Assembly (NCBI RefSeq): GCF_964355755.1
Contig: NC_092675.1
Span: forward strand, 10,969,812 to 11,033,811
DNA: 64,000 nt
Direction of reading: 5' to 3'
DNA from: Antedon mediterranea
Lineage: Eukaryota > Animalia > Echinodermata
A model generated the notes under the pieces. The model did not search any database. It was not told the origin of the DNA and was given only the letters and a program-made list of their open reading frames with translations. The number at the start of each line of letters is the position of its first letter. Position 1 is the stretch's first letter. This document shows, piece by piece, positions 36,615 to 51,308 of this stretch. The position numbers and the translations under genes are program-made.

Positions 36615-39032
36615 AACAAGGCTTTCAATTAACAATAGCTTCAGTTGACTAACAATAGAACAGCAACGCGAAAATCAAACGAGTGAATTTGAAAAGAAAT
36701 AAGTTTATTAAACTACTACTACAAAAAAAGGTGCACATTAATCAAATTATGTTTTACAATTACAAATCACAAATTATAACTCTTGCCTCTTGTACAAAAA
36801 TGAAGTTTTTTGGACAAGTAGTTCTCGAGAAAATGCAATTTCAGTTTTGTTACTTTAAGACTGCTCGCCGGCTTTTGAAAAATTCTTTCCTATCTTTTAA
36901 CACTAGCAGGTCTGAAAAGTATATTAAAAAGTGGTCCAGAATTGGGACCATGGTCCCAAATGGTCCCAAAATTTAATGGAATGGTCCTTGACCACATATC
37001 TATCTGTATATTTATTTTGGTAAAGATGTTGTAATTACTTTTTGAGTAATCCTGCTAACATTAACAAACAAACAAACAAATGAAAGCACTCAGAAACTGA
37101 GTGAAGTACTTGGCAAAATATATCCACTGACTGGGAGCATGTTGAAAGATACAATTTTTGCTTTAGGTATTAGCTTTACATGGTTAAAATACTGATAAGG
37201 TTAATAATTTGTTTAAATAATTTTTAATACAAACAATTCCAGCATTGCAACAATGACCTTTCTAAAATCAAGATTGACCAGAATAATGGTCGAGGAGTGT
37301 CTTGAAGCTGTGCGGATTTGCGGCGCTTCTGCCTTAACCCATGTAGTAAGCTTAACCGCGTGACCAGTCGACTAATATTTTGGTCCATATCAAAGAATAT
37401 GTCCATATTAAAAAAAAGACAGATTGAATGCGTGCTATTTAATATATCGTACGGAAGATAAGCTTTTGAGACATGACCAATATATCAGTTTTCCTGAAAA
37501 TTAATAGGCATGTTCTGCAAATATATATACCTATGTACAGAATGAAATAAGGAAGGAGACACGCAAGTACAGTACTAAAAAAACTAATTATCAACTAACA
37601 ATAGTTTAATTTGAATAACAATAGAACAGCAACGCGAAAAACAAACGGGTGAATTTGAAAAGAAATATGTTTTTTAAAACTACTCGTATCAAAAAACGTG
37701 TACATTGAATCAACTTTTGTTTTAAAATTACAAATCACAAATTATAACCCCTTGCCTCTTGTCCAAAAATGAGGTTTTTTGGACAAGTACAGTAGTTCTC
37801 GAGAAAATGTAATTTCAGTTTACGTGTTACTTTAAAACTGCTCACCGGCTTTTGAAAATTGTCTCCTATCTTTTAACACTAGCCGGTCTGAAAATAATAT
37901 CATTTTTGTTGTTTGTGAAGTTATTAATAAACCAATTTTGTTGATTTTCAATAGGCATGGTCTGAAAGTATATACCTATCTACAGCCAAAAATTCAGAAC
38001 AATAAAATGGAAACTGTAGGCGCTATCGTGCTAGCAAACAAACAAACAAACAAATGAAAGCACTCAGAAACTGAGTGAAATACTTGGCAAAATATATCCA
38101 CTGACTCGGAGCATGTTGAAAGATACATTTTTTTTGCTTTAGGTATTAGCTTTACATTGTTAAAATCCTGCTGGGGTTAATAATTTGTTTAAATAATTTT
38201 TTGATACAAACAACTCCGGCATTGCAACAATGACCTTTCTAAAATCAAGATTGACCAGAATAATGATCGAGGAGTGTCTTGAAGCTGTACCGATTTGCGG
38301 CGCCTCTGCCTTAACCCATGTAGTAATATATCAATTTACCTGAAAATCAATAGGCATGTTCTGTAAGTATATACCTGATGAAATAAGGAAGGAGACATGC
38401 CGGTACTAACAAAACTAATTATCAACTAACAATAGTTTAATTTGAATAACAATAGAACAGCAACGCCAAAAACAAACGGGTGAATTTGAAAAGAAATAGG
38501 TTTCTTAAAACTACTTGTATGAAAAAGCCGGTACATTGAATCAACCTTTGTTTTAAAATTACAAATCACAAATTATAACTCTTGCCTCTTGTCTAAAAAT
38601 GAGGTTTTTTGGACAAGTAGTTCTCGAGAAAATGCAATTTCAGTTTACGTGTTACTTTAAAACTGCTCACAGGCTTTTGAAAATTGTCTCCTATCTTTTA
38701 ACACTAGCCGGTCTGAAAGTAATATCATTTTTGTTATTTGTGAAGTTATTAATAAACCAACTTTGTTGATTTTCAATAGGCATGGTCTGAATGTATATAC
38801 CTATCTACACCCAAAAATTCAGAACGATAACTTGAAAACTGTAGGCGCTATCGTGCTAACAAACAAACATACAAACAAACAAAGTAAATACTATACTTGG
38901 CAAAATTCTTTTTGCCAAGTAACAAACACACAAACAAAGTAAATACTATACTTGGCAAAATTCTATTTTGCCAACTAACAAACAAACAAACACACGCTAC
39001 TGATTACATATACCTCCTTGGCGGAGGTAAAT
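36615..39032 (-). mobile_element. Helentron/HINE-like element with long internal tandem repeats
   Basis: Terminal ACCTCCTTGGCGGAGGTAA hairpin next to (ACAA)n; three internal units starting at 36651, 37617 and 38448 (~970 and ~830 bp apart). Left boundary approximate. Confidence 0.7.
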
Positions 39033-40532
39033 AAATTACATAATAATGTAGATTGTTATTTACGTTCGAGGAAAAGAAAACCTATCGAAACAATGACAAT
39101 CAAAGATTACAAAACAACGACAATCAAAGCAAAACTAATTACCGTTATTGAACTAGCGGCCGCTTTGGTTGGCGGCCGCTTCGACCGTAATCCGTTCAAT
39201 GTTATTTAAAGTATATTTTATTACATTTAAAACCAGTTTTATTACATTTTTAGATACTAATCATAATGATCGATATTATAATGGCAAAAACTATTGAACT
39301 AAAAAGTATAATGTACAGACTCCAACGAAAAAAGCACAGCTTCCACCGTATTTGGGTATACTAGCCGAGTTAATAATTGAGGGCGCTGTTTTACATGGAA
39401 GATCAGAGCCATAAAAAGAGTTACGACTTTGAAGATTAGAAGCCATTTTGTGTGAAAGAATTTGCATGTTGAGGGCGCGCATGTTTAGTTTGTATAGCGT
39501 TTTCCTGTAATTCATGCTGTATTTTTAGATTATGTTGTCTATTAAATAACGCTTAGATTCCGTTTAATTTTAATAGTAATGGTATTGATTTGGTAACATA
39601 TATATATATTATATATATTTTTTATAATAAAAAAATAAATGCTAGGGCCAACATGCAAGTTAGGATACATCAAAGCATGAAACAGAACCAATATAATAAA
39701 CACACAAATTTACCCTCTTTTTATACAGTATATGCCTCTCTGTGTGTTTTTAAAACAAACTGCGCCGCCAGCGTTATTAAATTTCAGAGGCTCGTTCATC
39801 ATTTCATTTGTAATAATTTGCCTTTACTATTTTAATATTTCGTACCCTTTTCAGCTTATTAACAAAAATATCCACGACACTTTATTATTTTATTTAGTCA
39901 TCAAAGCATGCATTATGAATTGAAAATATTACATACGATAATTGTTATTAATAGGATGTAGTTACGGAATGTTTCGTTCCAAAATCAATCAATCGAACTT
40001 TATAATGTACTAGCGCGCAATATTCTTTGCCGCAAGTACGCTGTGAAAATGTGCAATTATATTTTTTTAAATATTAGAAAAAATTGAAAGTATTTTGTTG
40101 CTCCTACAGTATACTTTACATGCAATAACGGAGACAAGTTTGACACAGTTTGATCTGCATATCACGTGACTTTAATCCAATGTTATAACTCCCCGGCCCC
40201 CACTTTTGTAATATATATATGTATTATGCACCCATTTACATACGATTTTATCAACGATTTTACAAAAAAAAAAAAACTGACTGACCAATCAAATAGTTCA
40301 TAAATTATGTCATCATTGTTTGTGGAAAAATATGTACGCGCTGACAATTCTTGATTTTTTACAACGCGACGATGTTTTTTGTGCTCTTTTAAAACTGATA
40401 TTTCAAAATAACCAGTGTAAGTAAAACTAAATTTTAATATAACAACTATTTAATTTAATGTTTGTCTTTAGTGTAAAGACTAGATTAAGATATCAGCGAA
40501 AACATGTTCTAGGTCGGCTGGGTTGAAGTATC

Positions 40533-40945
40533 AAAACCCGTAACTTGTTCAATTTTCACACGGGCCAGGCTGCGCGTGACCGGCCTTGGCTTTGCGAAAC
40601 TTCACGTCCCATGTGTCCCAGCAACGTCGATAATAACCAAGAAACCATTAACGAACGCGTAAAAAATGTGTAAAAATTCGCGACGGGAAAACAGGCTTTA
40701 AGCGCAAAAAAAAACCCAGTTCCGTATATTACAGTAAATATGGTCTATAAATAAAAACCCGTAACTTGTTCAATTTTCACACGGGCCCGGCTGTGCGTGA
40801 CCGGCGTTGGCTATGCAAAACTTCACGTCATAATAACCAAGAAACCATTAAACGATCGCATAAAAATTGTGTAAAAATCTGCGACGGGAAAACAGACTTT
40901 AGGCGCTAAAACAACGAGTTCCATCTATTAAATATGGTCTATAAA
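40533..40945. repeat. Tandem duplication of ~220 bp followed by a hAT-like right end (~40990-41085)
   Basis: AAAACCCGTAACTTGTTCAATTTTCACACGGGCC at ~40533 and ~40754; downstream GGGGGAGCCCCGGACCCCCC...AAAATCCTAGATCCGCCCC. Confidence 0.6.
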
Positions 40946-41461
40946 ACCCACTATATTCAGATAATTATTTGCCAAGAACCGACTGGCCAAAACGCCTCAA
41001 AATTTTTCGGGGGAGCCCCGGACCCCCCTAGACGATTATTTTTCCCATATCGGCCCCCTCTTTATCAAAATCCTAGATCCGCCCCCGCTATATAATATCA
41101 TTGGTAGCTACTTTGTCCTGTTTGATGAAGACTGTATTGATTGCTGCATTCTATTTTTTTATTATAAGTTATAAATCTATTGTTAAAATTGAATTGCATT
41201 AAAAAAACGTGTATATGAATGATCACTTTCTATTTGACAACTAATAGGGCCTAAATGCGTAGGGCCGAAATTTAGTATGATTTAAATAATACATTTCTTG
41301 CAATATGACCAGAATTACCACATTTGTACCAAATCACAGATGAAGAATATTTTATGTTTGGTTTCATTTGCTTCAAGGCTTAAACAACATCAGATAAGGG
41401 AGTTTTCAGATCCTGGACCTCCTCTTTAAGATCAGAGATGCTAGTATCCATACCATGTTTA

Positions 41462-44400
41462 TAGTCCGGTGGCAGGAGGTGGGAATCACCACCCGAAAGG
41501 GGACAAATTGCCATGCAACTTTTCTAGACTAGAATTTTCCGTAGATTACGAATATGGAAGGTAATCGATCAGGATAGGAAGCGTTTTCGAGATATAAGGG
41601 GTCAAAGTTCAAAATTGACCAATTACAACAATGTATTATGTATATGTATTATAACAAATTTATTGAAGCACAATTTGGTCTTTTATTACATTTTTATGAT
41701 TATAAGTGTCTATTCAATCACCTTATGAAAAAAAAATCCTTGTGATTAAGGGTCAAATGTCAATATTGACCAATCATAGAACGTACCTATAAAACCAAAT
41801 AAAAACTAGTATTTAATAAAAATTGGATGTTTTCTCATCCTGTTAATCAATCATACGCAATGTAAAAGAGCGAATACATCATTTCATCAGTTGACATAAG
41901 GTCAATTTCATCAGTTGACATAAGGTCAATTTCATCAGTTGACATAAAGTCAAAGGTCAACATTTTAATACGCGTATTAGTTAACAAATAAATGCAAAGT
42001 TGTCCAAACTATGATATTGATGGTTTTACAAGTAATCAAATTATTTGATTAGTAAAGTTATGTTATTTCATTATAATACTGTATTTAATCAAATCAGACT
42101 TCGATCAGGATAGGAAGCGAATAGGAAGAGATAAGGGTTCAAAGTTCAAAATTGACCAATTATAACAATGTATTATATACATATGTATTATAACCAATTT
42201 ATTAAAGTTCAATTTGGTATTTTAATACATTTGTATGGTTATATGTATTGTATGGTGTTATTCAGTCGCCTTATAAAACAAATACTTTGCAATTAAAGTC
42301 AAATGTCAATATTGACCAATCACACAATTTGCATTTAAAACCAAATAAAAACTAACATTTAAGACAAAATGTTATGTTTTATCATTCTGTTAAGACATCT
42401 ATCAATCATACACAATCAAAAGAGCACATTTATCATTACACAAGTTGACATGGGTCAAAGGTCAACATTTGAATAAATGATATACTAAATAATGCAAAGT
42501 TATTCAAACTATGAGATCAATGTTCATAAATGTAATCACGTTATTTGATCAGTGAAGTTATGGTATTTTTATATTTTTTCTAGTGCGCATTATTTTAAAT
42601 GTATTAATATAATACTGTAAAATAAATAATAAAATTAATATTATGACGATTAAAATGTTATGATGTTAAAATGTTGCGCTGACCTTCAATGATTTGCCAC
42701 TATACAGTTGCATTTATTAGGGCTACAATATTCGTTTTTGGAAAATAAACTACTATTCATCAGAACCAGAGAATACCAATTCGTACAGGATAGGGCATAG
42801 GCAGATCCAGGTGGCCAAACTCAATCCACAACTCACTACACAGACAGACCACAATTTTTATATAGTTTGGCCCATACAGGAAAGCGTTTCCTGTATACAA
42901 AGGATTCTAAAATAACCTATATGGATTTGCCCGAATGAACCCTCTAAGGACCCTTTTGGGATCTCTATGTGGTGTGCTACATAAGGCCCTGTATTAGAAA
43001 TTAGTATGGGGTAAATAGTTCATAGATGAACTTTGGAATAAAACTAAATGTGCACCCTCAATCTTTAAATAACATTTATGGATTTGCCCAAATGAACCCA
43101 AGGGCCGGTCGTTCTCCATGGATGGACATTAAGCCCCATAATGGAAATATAAGGGGTGACACTGTGAGTTAATACAGATAGGCGCGGCCCATGAATTAAG
43201 CTGCCTGTGCACTCTCGACCCTTGAGGAAAATTTATGGATTTGCCCAAATTAACCCAAGGGCCGGTCCTCCATGGACATTAAGCCCCATAATGGAAATAT
43301 AATGGGTGACACTGTGGGTTTATATAGACAGGCAGAACCATGGAATAAAGCTGCCTGTGCACTCTCGATCCTTAAGGAACACTTATGGATTTGCCCAAAT
43401 TAACCCAAGGGCTGGTCCTCCATGGATGGACATTAAGCCCCATAATGGAAATATAATGGGTGACACTGTGGGTTTATATAGACAGGCACATGGAATAAAG
43501 CTGCCTGTGCACTCTCGATCCTTAAGGAACACTTATGGATTTACCCAAATTAACCCCCAAAGGCCGGTACATGGATGGATACCTGATTGAAATTGCTCAA
43601 AAGAAAGACATTGTGCTGTATAGTAATAGTATTATTCCCCTTCCACACCTCTTTGAATTAAATCCGCCCTGATAGGCTCTTATGTACAGGATTTCAAGGC
43701 AATAATCACACTTGCATTTTTCAAACATTAGATTGAATAAAAATATCTATTATAAACATAGTATTATTCCCCTTCCACACCTCTTTGAATTAAATCCGCC
43801 CTGATAGGCTCTTATGTACAGGATTTCAAGGCAATAATCACACTTGCATTTTTCAAACATTAGATTGAATAAAAATATCTATTATAAACAATTTGCCGTA
43901 ATCTCTATGCCATGTCGTTATTTAGATGAGAAAAACAGGTAAAAGGTTAAAATTACAGAAAAATAGGTGTTTCAGTCACTTTTTGAAAAAAATTTTGCAT
44001 TATGGCAAGTATAAACATATATATTGTGAACAATTTGACACCAAAATTGGCTCCTTACGACAAATATTTATTAATTTATGTTTTTATAACCTTATTCAAT
44101 TATGTCAAAGGTTAATAACCACACTTCTGGTCATTTTCAAGCAATATCATCTGTTATACTGAATATAAATGTATATCTTGGGAGCAATTTGCTCCTATTT
44201 TTAATTCTCTCCGACCTGCCGTTACTTAGATATAGCAAAAAGAGGTCAAAGGTCAAAATTGCTAACAATGGGGTTTCCGGTCAATTTTTCAAAGAAAGTT
44301 CTGTTAGAGCTAATATAAACATATACATTGTGAACAATCTGACACCAAAATTATCTCACTACGTCCAGAATTTCCAGAGATATAGCATGTTTTTATATTG

Positions 44401-44559
44401 GTAAATTTTGAACTTTGACCCCTTATATCTTGAAAACGCTTCCTATCCTGATCGATTACCTTCCATATTCGTAATCTACGGAAAATTCTGGTCTAGAAAA
44501 GTTGGATGGCAATTTGTCCCCTTTCGGGTGGTGATATCCCCCCTCCTGCCACCGGACTA
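41462..44559. mobile_element. Academ-like non-autonomous element
   Basis: ~160-bp TIRs TAGTCCGGTGGCAGGAGG / CCTCCTGCCACCGGACTA; 3-bp TSD TTA; internal ~530-bp duplication, ~150-bp tandem array (43070-43580) and exact 132-bp duplication (43627-43889). Confidence 0.8.
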
Positions 44560-46081
44560 TTAGTAGCAGTTACAGCAAACGTATTTTTATTCTCAGGTGC
44601 CTGCTCTGGAAAAATATTCATCAAATCATTAAGCAAAAAGAATCATTTCCTAGAATAATTTGTCTTAATTGTAATCTAGTGTCATCTTCTCCATTGAGTC
44701 GTCTGGTAAATAAAATGGCAGTTCACCGGCTCCGAGCGAACCAATCTTATATTCTTCATAGCATTACAAGAAATCTCTCCATAAACCTATTACAATATCA
44801 TAAAAGAATATTATTTACCTTTTATACAGTAGTAAAATAACGTTAGACATTATCAATTACATACTATTCTAGTTCAGGCCTAATTTCAGTACAAATAATC
44901 AACAAAACATCCCATTCTGCCGCCATGTTCAGTAGCTAGCATACCTACAGTATGCACACACAGGTGAATGACCATACACCATAATAAGCAACATATAATA
45001 TCAGTTCACTAGTTAATTAACATGGTAAATATAAGTATAATAGGATTACTGTATGAATCAATCACATTATCTTAGGGTATTCTAATATGATTTCAATGCA
45101 TTTTATCTACAATATATTTCAATGTACCAAAAATCTTCTCTTACTCTAGCTTCTATCGCCGGTGAACTATGCTGAAACCTCGTACATGTAACCTTATATA
45201 GTACAGTACCAAAATACATCTGTAACATTATATAGTTCAATTAAATACCGCCCTCCATATTACTGTAATTTGCTTATTTTAATATCAATAAAATATGTCA
45301 TTAGATGGTAGATCAAGTACCTTTGAAAACTTGATAAATACCACAAAAATGTATATTAATCGGCCCACAAAGTGAGACTTTTCAGCCCATAGATGGGTAA
45401 ATCATCAGATCAAAAGTGGGTCGAATCATCTCTTGAACTGGTATCTGTTTATAGTATGTAGGCCTTTGTAGTCCTATAGTGCTTATATTTACATAAGTGT
45501 ACAAATCTTTAAATTACATTTGCAAGTTTTTATTTATTAAATTGTATTTAAATTTGAATTTAACCAAAATAGGCGTAGGTACAAAAATCAAATTTAAAAG
45601 AAACAATGGATATCCAGTTTAAAGTAAACTAAATCCTAAGGTGCTTCAATTATTAGATATCGATTGTACTGAAGAAGAGGAGAGTGTCCATCCTAAATAA
45701 CATCTTCATATCGATTAAACAACTGTCACCTTAATTTGCAATATTACAGGAGAGAACATAGTTACATAACAAAACTGCCTAACATGCTACCAAAAACAAG
45801 GAGCAAAACCCAAACACTTACATTACAACATTATCAATTCAAGGGTTATTTACAATTTACAATATTTGACAACATCATTAAAGCAAGAAATAACAAAGAT
45901 TTGTCATTCAATTATGTTTTCACAATTTCTGTAGTAGTTAAATAGCATATTTTCTACCCTAGTACTGACCTAAAAGGTTCCAAGTAATGTATTACTGCAT
46001 TTACTTAAAAGTTTGATCTCCATTTGTAATAATGCAATGAGGAATTTACTGGCAAGCATGTTTGTCATGGTAAATGTACAG

Positions 46082-48445
46082 TTGCCACCGCCAAACTAAA
46101 AAAGGCTATCAATACCATCGACGAAAACTTTGTTCAGGCAACTCATATTCCAGGGTCTACAGAAGATGTCTGACACAATCTTATACAAAACACTGAAACT
46201 GAAGAACCCTGTATTTATACCCCAGAAAGAGTAAGTACGATTTTTGTCATAGCATATTATATATATATATAGCATCAGAAATTCAATAAATATAATTTGT
46301 GAATACTATTGGTTTTTAAAATATTTCCAGCCAATTTGAGTTGCCATAACAACCAATCTCAAGCAATGGTGTAAGCAAAGATGAGCGTATGAGGTATTAA
46401 AAACATAAAGGAGCCGATAAAGTGTTGCACATTCACGAATTGAAGTTAGTCAATCTATTTTAGAAACAACAACTCATCGCCCAAATGTGGATGAATGTTT
46501 GGCACTTGTCGGCGATTGTCATCTTGCTTGGGCAAAGTTGCGGAAGCTACAGAGGTAAAATTCAATCAATTGTAAAATATACAAATATGTTTACTTTAGA
46601 TTAATTTGTTTATTTGAAAGGTTTCATAAAAAAAGTCAATACATGTACAGTCAGGGATGTAGCTACAGAAATCTGAGGGTGGCTACATTTTTTTTAGAAA
46701 AAAATGTTTTGTACCGGCAACGTTCGAGAGTGATCGGGTAATTAAGAGGGGGGTTTTTGTGGGAGGAGGGGGAAGAGAGATCAAGGTGGGAAGCTCATTA
46801 TTAACATTTTGTTAAATAACTATATTTGTTGGTGTATGTGGCCTTAGCAGTGTTCAGTAAACAAATAAAAATAGCCTTATTTCAATTTAAGAATTTTATT
46901 TAAAAAGGACAATAATAGGCCTAGTATAACAATAGTAGGGGTCTAGTATTCACTTTGTTCAGAACGTAGCTGACCTACAATATATTGTTCGAATCGTAGT
47001 CGGCGGCATACTACGTCGATCATAAGGTAGAGTTAAAAGTCCACTGTCAATTCAACGTCTTTTTAGAAGCATGGCAATGCGCGCACACACACACACACAC
47101 ACAATGTATTTTTTCGCTAATTAAAATACTACCTAAATTTTGTAGCCACCCTATGCACCCTATGCATGACGGCATGGGTCTCATTGACATATAAGACTTG
47201 AACCTAGGCGGCCTACCTATGCTCTAAATTATTTAATCCTACCTTTAGGTTAGCGAAACACTGACGCCTAGGAACATTAAGAAAATATATGCAAAATCAA
47301 TAATTATATATATTCCATGTTAAGATTTAACATAAAATTTAAACAAAAAAGCCCGACCATAATGTGGAGGAAAAAAAGTCAGTTACGTTTGATGCTGGCC
47401 ACAGAGCCTTGAAATTTGGTCATGCTAATATTTGTTATGAACACGCTTTAGTGGTAATTTTAACTTTATATATTTATAGATATATTTATTTTTCCAAAAA
47501 CAAGTTAAAATCAAATAAAACTTTTCAATCATAGCAACCCGTCAAAACACTGTTACATCAGAGGGCGGAATGTACGTATTGGCACGCCCACAGGAGAACA
47601 ATGAGTATTGAACAACAACAGACAGAACATCATGCCAGAGCCTTTGAAATATTAAAGAATATGATTCTATAAAGCATAGAAATGGGTTTATTATTTGTTT
47701 GAGAAATAATGTATGCGAATTTAAATGTATTGTTTGTTTAGTAAAAATAAGTTTTAAAGTATTATGGAGAGACAGGTTGTCAAAATGTTAGGTTAGAAGA
47801 CACAGCTTTGCGCTAGTTACTAGCTGCATTATGGAAGTATTTTTCCATATGTGTTTGATCCAAAAAAATGACCGTGGTAATAATGCTTGTAAAACGCCTT
47901 TGAACATGATTGCTCATGAAAAGGGCTCTATATAAATGTGGTATTATTATTATTATATATAAGACATATAGCCCTCACCTAGTTCAAGAACACTATCATT
48001 GCTTGATGGTGACTATCAGGTAATTATTTACACAGTCAAAAAGAACACCTTGCAAAAGAAATTTCAAGATGCGTTTTTAGGAAATCTTTATTGAGAATTG
48101 AAATTGATCAAGTTAAAATAAAATGTTTATATTAAACAGAATAAGAAAAAACCAAATGTTATTATTTCTATTCAACTTTTAGGTTTTTATAGTGCCATGC
48201 TTTCACATTTCTTTTCGCGTTTCCAAAAAAAACTTGTTCTGATGAAGGCAGAGGGCAACATTATTTATAAATATATTTTTTTAGTTTTCGCAGCTAAACT
48301 CCGAAAATGGCACAACAAAATGTGAGAAAGCTATTTAAGAGGCTTAAGAAATGAAAGTAACATCAAAGGAGAAAATTCAAAAGAAGGAGGCAGAGTACAC
48401 AGAATTTGAAGAGGACCTGTCTGCTTTCATGAAGAGGAAGGACAA
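46082..48445 (+). pseudogene. Decayed spliced gene of unknown family (three exon-like segments)
   Basis: AG/GT-bounded segments 46082-46230, 46332-46554 and 48284-~48445 join in compatible phase (ATAKLKKAINTIDENFVQATHIPG..., ...PNVDECLALVGDCHLAWAKLRKLQ, ...KEKIQKKEAEYTEFEEDLSAFMKRK) but carry several stops. Confidence 0.35.
47850..47958 (+). mobile_element. 3' tail of an L2-type LINE or SINE
   Basis: TGTAAAACGCCTTTGAACATG...GAAAAGGGCTCTATATAAATGTGG-(TAT)n, resembling the L2-related 3' end. Confidence 0.6.
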
Positions 48446-48449
48446 CGCA

Positions 48450-50790
48450 TTTTTAATAACTTTTGGTGTTGATCCTTTCTTTGATGTCATCAATCCATTT
48501 TCTACGAGGTCTGCTTCTCCCTCATTCAGCCTCGCTGTTTAGCGAAGGCCACCGCGGCACAGCAGCGCTTCTGTAAACTTTGCCATGCCATACTCTTTTC
48601 CCACTCTATTTGCTTCTTCTAGTAATCTCTGCAAATAATTATTACTACTGACTAAGAGGACAGTTTCGTCCGCATACCTAAATGTAATTGATGTTTATGC
48701 CTCCTATATTGACACCATTCAGATGTTCTACCTGTCCCTATATATCTGTTATGAGTATAGATTGAGCAAGGATGGGGACAGAAGGCATGTCTACACTGTG
48801 GTATACACAATAAAGTTTTACGCACACTTGCACCATCTCTTCCCAATCGGATTCAACAAGTTTACAATCAAATTTAAGTTGAGGTAATTTATCTCTTAGC
48901 TCACGCTTTAGTAGCATATCATGCCTTGCCCCCATAACTGTTTGAGGCGTTGTCCGATAAACAAATAGTAGAACATTTGAGAACTCTTTATGCCAATCTT
49001 TCCCTTCTAGTTTTGCAGTTCTAATTGGTTTAAGTATGGTTTCTTTAACCTTTCAACCCCACCATTTGATTGAGGCCACAGCGGTTATAGCAAGATACTC
49101 AAGAGAATCTTCAAATTCTTTGGACGCGAAGGAGGACCATTGTCGGTTTTAATACTCTACAGAAGACCATGCGTGTTAAACACACCTTGCAACGCTTTTA
49201 TAACATGCGCAGCATCAGTTTTACGCAACAAAATAGCCGCTGGCCATCGGAAATAATAATTACAACCAACAATTTTTAAGTGGGTGGAATTTCCAACAAA
49301 TCAATTGCCAAATCATTCCAAGGACCCTCTGGCAACTCTGTACGTTTTAAGGGTTCTGGTCTTGGGTGACCAGATACTAATTGACACGGTCTACAAGATC
49401 TAATAAAATTTTCATTTTCTTTCAATATTTAGGCCACATGACTTTGTACGGACCATACCTTGGTGTTCCCAGTGAGCCAATTCAAGTGCACAATTAACTA
49501 AGGTTCTTGGAATCACAATTCTACTACCATTCATAATTAACCTTCCATAAATTCATAAATCGTTTTTAGCACTTGTAAACCATGGATCATTACAATTTGA
49601 CCAGTCTCTCGAAATAATAAGCCTCTCAATATTATTTTAAAATGGATCTTTCGCGGTTTCTCTTTCAATTTTACGAGCCGTTATAGCATTAGGTAGAGCA
49701 TCTATTATCGCATTATAAGCAAAATCATTAGAATGAAAAAAACGAAAAGAACGTCCGCATAATTTTCAGAGCCTTTTACATATTCAATTGAAAAAGAAAA
49801 ATTGTTGTAAAACAAATACCATCGCTCAATCGAGCTGACGGTGGTCTAGATTTTGGCTTTAACACGAATAATAACGGTTTATGGTTTGTCCGAACTACAA
49901 ATTTAATTCCAATTAGATAAAGCTGTAATTTCTCACAAGCCCACTTAATACCTAAAGCGTGGTTCCCACTTGCGACGCAACGCAAGGGCGTAACGCAACG
50001 CAAGTGAATTGACCAATGACAAGCGATGGCTTATTCGCTTGTGATTGCTAACTGTCTATAACTTCGCTTGTCATTGGTTAAAACGCTTGCGTTGCGTTTA
50101 CGTCCTTGCGTTACGTTCTAGTGGGAACCAAGCTTAAGGTTTCTCTTTCAAACTGGGAATATCTACTTTCAGTGTCATTTAATTTTCTACTTATGAAATA
50201 AACTGATTTCCAATCATTACCATGACATTTCTGTGAAACGGCACCCAACCCAAAAGGAGAGGAGTCAGTTGACTTGTCGGATTTCGTTTTCTTGTCGCTT
50301 TTCTTTTTATTAATTTTTTTTGTGCGATAACAAACTTCAAAATGGCTTGTGTTTCGACTTAACACAGTTTCTTGCAAAATGGCCTTTCAAATTACAGCGA
50401 TAACAGAGCATCTCTTTTCGATCATTCTTGCTTTTACCACTGTTTCGTGCACCATGTCTATAATCAGTTTACATTAGACTCGGCACCAAATGTTGAAACA
50501 AACCTATTGTTATAAACAGCAGTTATTTCTAAAAGTTTATTTAAAGTTAGACTCTCTTGCCTCAAAACTTTGTTTTATAAAGTACTTTATCGGTTAATTT
50601 TTAAATCATTTTATCACAAACCTGATTATCCTCCTCTTCTTTGAACTCGCAATCCTTGGCCAAAACCATAACTTGTGTTGCAAAATTGTTTATCGTCGTC
50701 GCCATTATTCCACTGACCTGCAACATGCTGCATTAACTTCGGCATACTGAATTCGAAATCCTTGTCGCCAAAAATGATGTGATATACACA
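48450..50790 (-). mobile_element. Gypsy/Ty3 LTR retrotransposon remnant (PBS, gag start, RNase H, integrase; most of gag-PR-RT missing)
   Basis: PBS TGGCGACAAGGAT (50758-50770, tRNA-Ser-like); TDSSPFGLGAV, SRKLNDTESRYSQFERETL, WACEKLQLYLIGIKFVVRTNHKPL, LPEGPWNDLAID, FNTHGL, KTDNGP, LWPQSNG, YRTTPQ. Confidence 0.9.
49956..50134. mobile_element. PIF/Harbinger MITE inside the Gypsy RNase H region
   Basis: TSD TAA; TIR AGCGTGGTTCCCACT / AGTGGGAACCAAGCT; removal rejoins ERETL-GIKWACEK. Confidence 0.88.
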
Positions 50791-51308
50791 ATAAACTTCA
50801 ATCAAATAGAATGTGATATTCCCCTCGCCTATATCAATAAATTGGAGTCAAAGACTAGCTTTGTAGAATTATTCACCTAATTTGCTATAATACACAGTCA
50901 AATTAATCTTACTAAGAGTATGACCGATGACAACATTTCCAAAATTGGTATTAGTGCAAGAATATTTTTAATAATGCAAAGTACCAAAATAATGAAAAAA
51001 CAATAATGATTGTTTTCTTTTTTTTTCAGTAAAGGACATAAAAGAATTCCTGAATTCCCAAAACCTATATGCTGGAGCACTATGTTGTAGGTCAGCTTCG
51101 CAGAGTGGGACTATTGAGCGAGCAAGGTGGCAAACTCATTCATGACAGTTTTAAGATGAAGAGTTGTCACTGGAATGAGAAACCCAGTCATAGCACTCTC
51201 TGTTGTTATGAAGTCACACCTCACCTCACACCTTTTGTGAACCGGAAATATAAAACAAAGTGGTTCGTCCTTAAAGTAGAAATTCCAAATCCAATCAAAA
51301 ATTTCCGT

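Larger units (their letters stand above)
33228..39187. mobile_element. ~6-kb TA-TSD TIR element (Tc1/mariner-like, non-autonomous) with a minisatellite and nested inserts
   Basis: TA|TGGTCGAAGCGGCCGCCA ... TGGCGGCCGCTTCGACCG|TA. Confidence 0.65.
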
